DNA of 64,000 nucleotides from Hyphomicrobiales bacterium (GTDB lineage Bacteria; Pseudomonadota; Alphaproteobacteria; Rhizobiales; Aestuariivirgaceae): NCBI GenBank assembly GCA_031421835.1, contig JANOPL010000038.1, positions 1,972 to 65,971 of the forward strand, read 5' to 3'. Shown piece by piece: positions 60,034 to 64,000 of this stretch (position 1 is its first letter; each line of letters starts with the position of its first letter). The notes under the pieces were generated by a model. It saw only the letters and a program-made list of their open reading frames with translations, ran no database searches and was not told where the DNA came from. The position numbers and the translations under genes were made by a program.

Positions 60034-60453
60034 TCACCTGCCGCAGCCAAACAACATCGCGCTACCCAACTTTTCTTCTTTGTCAGCCTTCTCCGTTGGG
60101 GAGAGGTTGTCGTAATAGTCTTGTTTCCATTCCGCCCACGTGGTTCTTCCGCCAACGCCTTCAGTTTCGGGCGTTGGAACGCTTATCCAGACCAGTCGCG
60201 TATTGGCGTCAAGGTCAGAGTCAAACACCACATCGAATTCAATGGTTTTGCCGCTGCGCCCGGTGTCTTCAAGATCCAGTATCTGGCTCAGGGATGCGAT
60301 AAGTGCACGTCGATCAATTTCGGGATTTTTGGGATTATTCTTGTAGGCCAGGTCCCATGCATTGAAAATGGCTTTGCCGATCAGCCTGTTGCCTTCTCTG
60401 ATACGCTCTTCGTCTCTGTCGTCTCTGACGTTTCTCAGCTTAATTCTGGCCAT
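60034..60453 (-). CDS. Hypothetical 139-aa protein; candidate NHLP-like RiPP precursor
   Basis: The CDS is supported by a strong GAGGAG RBS and lies 24 nt after the protease stop. The precursor role is inference from the leader resemblance and the C-terminal GSAMLFGCGR. Confidence 0.7.
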   Translation of the reverse strand: MARIKLRNVRDDRDEERIREGNRLIGKAIFNAWDLAYKNNPKNPEIDRRALIASLSQILDLEDTGRSGKTIEFDVVFDSDLDANTRLVWISVPTPETEGVGGRTTWAEWKQDYYDNLSPTEKADKEEKLGSAMLFGCGR

Positions 60454-60477
60454 GAAAACTTCTCCTCAAAACGATTG

Positions 60478-61437
60478 CTACAGTCCATCGATCTCGAAAT
60501 AAGACGGGTCAGTTACACCAGTCGACGCTGGTGTTGGCCGCGGCTGGCCTTTAGGGACGACAGGCAAATAGTAAGTCTCATCTATTTTATCGGGAACACC
60601 GCTGATCACCAGTCCAAGAAAATTTCGATCGGCATCCAACACGGGAGCACCGGAGTCGCCGACGTTTGCGAAGTACCCACTGACCACTTTGACGCCATAA
60701 CGAATCGGATCGCCTTCCCTCAGCTGTACCGTTGCCCATCCGAGGTCACGGCCGCTCGTCAGTCCGGTGGTGGCTCCATATTTCGACACCCTTATGCCCG
60801 CCTGCGGCTGCTTGACACCCTTGATGTGACGTAGCCCTCGCACTTCCATTGATGAAAATGGAACACCTGCCAAGATGTCAGCGCCGGCAAGATCAATCCA
60901 CTTTGCGCCATTGGGGGGCTCCGTTGCCCAACCCAGTTTCATGGATTGAGAATAAAGTGTTGTCGACACGTCATCAGGGCCCTGAAAATAAAGCACATGA
61001 CTGCATGTGATGCTTTGATTGGCACAGGATTTACCCTCAATTTCCACAGGGCTGCCTGCAGCAGCGGCAAAAGTTATCGTTCCCCATTGGCGTGCCATAT
61101 CATTCCAGATCGCATCCCCACCCATCAGCGGACCACTGTATTGCCAAGGCTGCGGCATGGGTCCCAAGAGCAATCTTGCCGGTTTGGCATTGCGCACAAT
61201 GTTCAATTTCAAGCCAAATGTTCTTTTGCTGGAAAGCGTCGTCTCAATGCGCTCTGGCAAGTCCGCCGGCCCGTCATCGGCCAATAAAATCTTGATGCTG
61301 GTGCGTTCTGCATTGATGGGGCCGATGCCCCGGATGCCTTTTAGGCCCGCTTTTTCCAAAAGCTGGCTGACAGCCTGTATGAGTTCGGCGTCTTCTGCGT
61401 CCCGGGAATATTCCCGGCCTTCAAATGCTGTTGCCAT
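60478..61437 (-). CDS. Trypsin-like (S1/PA clan) serine protease with an N-terminal extra domain and no signal peptide
   Basis: ITCSHVL (His), WIDLAGAD (candidate Asp), KYGATTGLTSG and VGDSGAPV (Ser) motifs. Confidence 0.82.
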   Translation of the reverse strand: MATAFEGREYSRDAEDAELIQAVSQLLEKAGLKGIRGIGPINAERTSIKILLADDGPADLPERIETTLSSKRTFGLKLNIVRNAKPARLLLGPMPQPWQYSGPLMGGDAIWNDMARQWGTITFAAAAGSPVEIEGKSCANQSITCSHVLYFQGPDDVSTTLYSQSMKLGWATEPPNGAKWIDLAGADILAGVPFSSMEVRGLRHIKGVKQPQAGIRVSKYGATTGLTSGRDLGWATVQLREGDPIRYGVKVVSGYFANVGDSGAPVLDADRNFLGLVISGVPDKIDETYYLPVVPKGQPRPTPASTGVTDPSYFEIDGL

Positions 61438-61697
61438 GTTATCTCATCACCCATTTCAAAGTGTGCAGATGAGACTTGCACTTGCCGGCACATCGACAAC
61501 GCAAGCCATACGAAATTCCCCCCGGATGTTTCGGCAATATCTCAAGGTGCTACGCTGTTCAGACACCTCTCCGCTGTTCTCTAAAAATCCTCGGCGCAAC
61601 AAATGTTTGCGCAAAAACCACGCGTTGACAAGACTAAATTTGAATGGCCCCGTCACTGGGGTTGGCCGCCTCAGTATCATCAAAAGCTTTTGAGTTC

Positions 61698-61713
61698 TGT
61701 GCTGTAGATCACA
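61698..61713. promoter_or_regulatory. Crp-type binding site at a class II position
   Basis: TGTGC-N6-TCACA (9/10 match to TGTGA-N6-TCACA). It is centred -41.5 from the start predicted by CATCAT as a -10 element at 61735-61740. Confidence 0.55.
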
Positions 61714-61791
61714 GACGCCCAGATGAACCTGTTCCATCATGTCGGGTGCGCGTCCAACACGCGCGTCAAGCCACGATCAGGAGAAAGTCCC

Positions 61792-62094
61792 ATGTTAGAA
61801 TCAATTGCCCGACAAGGCCAGTGTAACCACTACAGTAAACGATCCCTCCAAGGTGCCGGAAGTCGTCACAGCACTGTGCGTTCGGTTTTCATGTTCTCCG
61901 CAGCTTTTGCCCTGCTGACTGCGTCATCGCCTCAAAGTGACGCCGAGGAATCACAAAAGACGTCAACCGAGCTTGGTCAATCCGACCAGACGGAGACCGT
62001 CGGGCAAAATCAAGCCGCGGCAAACAAGGCTGTAAAGCGCAAACCCAAGTGCATGCCAAAGCAACCCTGCCCCGATACTGCTGCCCCCCAGTAA
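61792..62094 (+). CDS. Small hypothetical protein, possibly exported, with a C-terminal C-x5-C
   Basis: AGGAG RBS before ATG 61792; hydrophobic stretch VFMFSAAFALLTA; then a low-complexity polar tail. Confidence 0.55.
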   Translation: MLESIARQGQCNHYSKRSLQGAGSRHSTVRSVFMFSAAFALLTASSPQSDAEESQKTSTELGQSDQTETVGQNQAAANKAVKRKPKCMPKQPCPDTAAPQ

Positions 62095-62241
62095 ATTTGG
62101 TGTTTGTTACATCCTGAGTTTGGAACCGGTCATGTTGAAAGTGCGCGAAAACGACGCTTGATGACCTGCGCCATTGCTATGGTGTTGTTTCTCCTCTAAC
62201 TTCCGCTCGACGGTTGGCACGGGGGTTATGAGAGCAACGCC

Positions 62242-62916
62242 TTGGAAGAAACCGAATTACGCCATCTCACAGCATGCCGCCTGTTTAAAGGCGTCGATAC
62301 AGCGGCCTTGGACCTGATCCGGCGCGCCGCCACTCCGTTCAAGGTTGCGGCTGGGCAGCAGCTTTTTGGACGGGGCGACGATGGTCTCATGATGTACGCT
62401 GTCCTCGTTGGCCGCCTCGAGGTTTATGCCATCACGGAATCCGGTCGAAAAGTCTCACTCAATCTCGTGCGCGCTGGAGAGTGTATTGGTGAGATCAGCA
62501 TGTTCGATGGTGTTGCGCGCAGTGCATCCATTGCAGCCCAGGACGACTCGGTGTTGCAACCGATCTCGAAGGTCACGTTTTCTGCCGCATCAGCTCAATC
62601 ACCAGTGCTTGCATTGAACATGATTGGGATTCTGTGTGAGCGTTTCAGATGGGCCAGCAGTTCGGTTGAAGACTTTGCCATTCTGACTCTCGAACGCCGA
62701 CTGGCACGACGGCTTTTGTTGCTGCATGAAAGATTTTCGAACCGAGATGGAGAAATCACAATGACGCAACACGATCTGGCTGATTTTGCAGGTGCCTCGC
62801 GCGAAGCGACAAACAAAGTTCTCATGCAATGGAAAACGGCGGGCGTCATCGACATCCGGCGTGGCTCCATCAAGTTGCTGTTGATGGATCAGCTGGATCA
62901 GCTCGCACACGCCTAG
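62242..62916 (+). CDS. Crp/Fnr-family regulator with an intact cNMP-binding cassette
   Basis: GEISMFDGVARSAS phosphate-binding cassette; TQHDLADFAGASREATNK HTH; TTG start. Confidence 0.9.
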   Translation: MEETELRHLTACRLFKGVDTAALDLIRRAATPFKVAAGQQLFGRGDDGLMMYAVLVGRLEVYAITESGRKVSLNLVRAGECIGEISMFDGVARSASIAAQDDSVLQPISKVTFSAASAQSPVLALNMIGILCERFRWASSSVEDFAILTLERRLARRLLLLHERFSNRDGEITMTQHDLADFAGASREATNKVLMQWKTAGVIDIRRGSIKLLLMDQLDQLAHA

Positions 62917-62951
62917 AGGCAACGTCGCAGAAACACTTGAACAGCGTTGCA

Positions 62952-63998
62952 TCAAACAAAAAGAAAACTGTCTTCTGTCAAGAGGCCGGAAAATCCAACC
63001 AAGGTGACGCAAACATCACCCGCCTCGACAATGGTGTTGCCATTCTCGAACCATGTATCAATCTCTGGATTGTTGTTCGGGCAATCAAAATCGAACGCGA
63101 TGGTGTCAAGTCCAAGCTGGAAGTCCATGATGAAGTTGGAGGCCCCGGCGCCGTTGCCAAATACGAACCTGTCAGCAGCCATGTCGGTGTCCTGGTTTGA
63201 AAACACCACGTCGCCCCACATGTAGTTTTGAACACTGGCCCCGCGGCCAGAGGCATTTCCTGCAATCAGGATGTCTTCACCCGCACGCCCTTCCCACTCC
63301 AGAGTGCAGGCATCGCCGATCAGTACATTGATGACAGAGCCTTTTTTGGCATTCCCGCCAACCAACATATCAGCCCCGCCTTCAGCATTTCCGGTGAGCA
63401 CCCCACCATCACCGATCAAGACATTATGAACGGTACCTTTTGAACCAGAGTCGCCACCACTCAAATAATCTGCGCCGCCCGTTGCGGACATCAGCAAAGC
63501 AGCATCACCAAACAAGACATTCTCGACGTTGCCCGTTGAGCGGCTGTTACCACCTTTCAAAACATCGCGACCACCCGATGTATTGACACCAAGTGCCGCA
63601 GCATCTCCAAAAATAGCATTCTGCACCAAACCGGACCCCCATGCGTCGCCACCTATCAACGTGTCACATCCACTCGTCGCACGATCAAGCACCAGAATGG
63701 CATCGCCCAACAACGCATTTTGCGTGGTCCCGGCGCCATAAGAATTCCCGCCTCTCAGAAAATCAGCTCCGGCACGGGCATCGTCTTGAAGTGTAAACGC
63801 ATCCCCGATCAAAGCGTTCTCTACAAATCCGGATGATTTGTTGTGTCCGCCAACAATACAGTCATTGCCTGCAACGCCTCTGTCGGCGATCAGCATGGCA
63901 TCGCCGACCATTGCGTTTTGAACGCCGCCCGTACCCAGGTTATGGCCACCTGTCAGACTGTCGCGACCGCCCTTTGCCGAACCCGTGATCTCAATCGC
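62952..63998 (-). CDS. Gly/Asp-rich RTX-like repeat protein, C-terminal part; 5' end lies beyond the window
   Basis: The frame stays open to the window edge (AIEITGSAKGGRDSLTGGHNLGTGGVQNAM). It has ~33-aa units with GxDxLxGG and NxLxGDA, and a C-terminal ADRFVF...IMDFQLGLDTI typical of type I-secreted proteins. Confidence 0.8.
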   Translation of the reverse strand, partial: AIEITGSAKGGRDSLTGGHNLGTGGVQNAMVGDAMLIADRGVAGNDCIVGGHNKSSGFVENALIGDAFTLQDDARAGADFLRGGNSYGAGTTQNALLGDAILVLDRATSGCDTLIGGDAWGSGLVQNAIFGDAAALGVNTSGGRDVLKGGNSRSTGNVENVLFGDAALLMSATGGADYLSGGDSGSKGTVHNVLIGDGGVLTGNAEGGADMLVGGNAKKGSVINVLIGDACTLEWEGRAGEDILIAGNASGRGASVQNYMWGDVVFSNQDTDMAADRFVFGNGAGASNFIMDFQLGLDTIAFDFDCPNNNPEIDTWFENGNTIVEAGDVCVTLVGFSGLLTEDSFLFV

Positions 63999-64000
63999 AT

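Noticed and set aside
60121-60834. 237-aa plus-strand ORF, and likewise 61019-61693
   Set aside because: Antisense shadows of the precursor and protease genes, which have RBSs and recognisable motifs.
61604-61619. TGTT-N8-AACC, a near match to a Clr-type box
   Set aside because: Short and imperfect in AT-rich DNA, with no supporting promoter geometry.
1-64000. CRISPR arrays, tRNA/rRNA genes and IS elements
   Set aside because: No regularly spaced direct repeats, cloverleaf or rRNA signatures, or transposase motifs were recognised by eye. Most short ORFs in the track are antisense or alternate-frame shadows.

Overview
Densely coding 64-kb alphaproteobacterial chromosomal segment with about 59 CDS. 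The taxon is inferred from conserved alphaproteobacterial pairings (SH3/2-hydroxyacid dehydrogenase, odc-GNAT, mscL-crbS). I recognised no rRNA, tRNA, CRISPR array or transposase. Left to right it carries: a partial TRAP binding protein; an Sfp-type PPTase; a polyamine-family ABC transporter; a translationally coupled dmdA-dmdB-dmdD-dmdC-like operon (DMSP demethylation pathway) with a divergent LysR; a smoC/EFGK-type polyol uptake cluster with non-canonical catabolic genes and a TPP-dependent E1/E1/E2 dehydrogenase; ynjBCD-ynjF; ornithine decarboxylase with a structured leader; mttB; a hipBA module with four operator-like palindromes; a candidate sigma54-driven sRNA; mscL; crbS; and a hydantoinase/oxoprolinase operon. 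The right end holds the most novel-looking locus: a class III cyclase-TPR, a stand-alone PxP-tailed YcaO, an NHLP-like 139-aa candidate RiPP precursor ending GSAMLFGCGR, a cytoplasmic trypsin-like protease, a Crp-box-controlled small secreted protein, a cNMP-binding Crp and an RTX-like repeat protein cut off by the window edge. All family assignments come from motif recognition and recalled sequences, not from database searches.
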